Position numbers and translations under genes: made by a program. Below are positions 63,865-64,000 of a stretch of 64,000 bases of DNA, piece by piece. The notes under the pieces are model-generated. The model was not told where the DNA came from and made no database searches. It saw nothing but the letters and a program-made list of their open reading frames with translations. The stretch's first letter is position 1, and every line of letters begins with the position of its first letter. The stretch is from Octopus vulgaris (taxonomy: Eukaryota): NCBI GenBank assembly GCA_951406725.2, contig OX597816.1, positions 132,308,001-132,372,000 on the forward strand. The letters run 5' to 3'.

Positions 63865-64000
63865 GATTAGCACACCAGGCAAAATGCTTGGTGATATTTT
63901 GTTCATCGTTGTGTTCTCTGAATTCATATTCCTCTGAGGCTAACTTTGCCTTTCATCCTTTTGATGTTGATAAAATAAGTACCTTTTGAGCACTGGGGTT
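63865..64000 (+). mobile_element. Family A SINE, cut by the window end
   Basis: TTAGCACACCAGGCAAAATGCTT...CTTTGCCTTTCATCCTTT...GATAAAATAAGTACC...GCACTGGGGT. Confidence 0.8.

Noticed and set aside
34700-64000. Hinge/LBD exons or a second DBD (2DBD-type receptor)
   Set aside because: No phase-1 exon with a (R/K)xGRxP-type CTE, no LBD signature and no second C4 motif was seen by eye or in the ORF track. Short exons could have been missed.
1-64000. Prokaryotic features (CRISPR arrays, operons, rRNA) and conserved bilaterian miRNAs
   Set aside because: The sequence is eukaryotic intron DNA. The recurring motifs are dispersed SINEs rather than regularly spaced repeats, and no remembered mature miRNA sequence was spotted.

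Overview
AT-rich, CpG-depleted animal genomic DNA dense in microsatellites and SINEs. The repeat families resemble those of Octopus/coleoid cephalopods (recognised from memory, not searched). The only host coding sequence I can support is two + strand exons (18833-18959 and 34459-34600, joined across a 15.5 kb GT-AG intron). Together they encode a complete C4 zinc-finger DNA-binding domain of a subfamily-1 nuclear receptor (P-box CEGCKG; Rev-erb/E75/E78/ROR-related). No hinge or ligand-binding exon was recognised in the following 29 kb. The rest is intronic: tRNA-derived SINEs, RTE LINE remnants, MITEs (piggyBac-, hAT- and pogo/Tc2-like), one intact non-autonomous Helitron, two Helentron/DINE-like elements and a decayed mellifera-type mariner. 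Nearly all ORF-track entries are microsatellite or repeat artefacts. The most interesting observations are: (1) a type-I hammerhead ribozyme fold on the minus strand (55206-55290) at the 3' end of a probable Penelope-like retroelement; (2) signals for a DBD-only receptor isoform plus a CpG-rich internal promoter-like zone at about 39-42 kb; (3) a near-perfect pre-miRNA-sized hairpin at 50091-50145; (4) an empty/filled-site pair for a Helentron insertion and a three-layer transposon nest.
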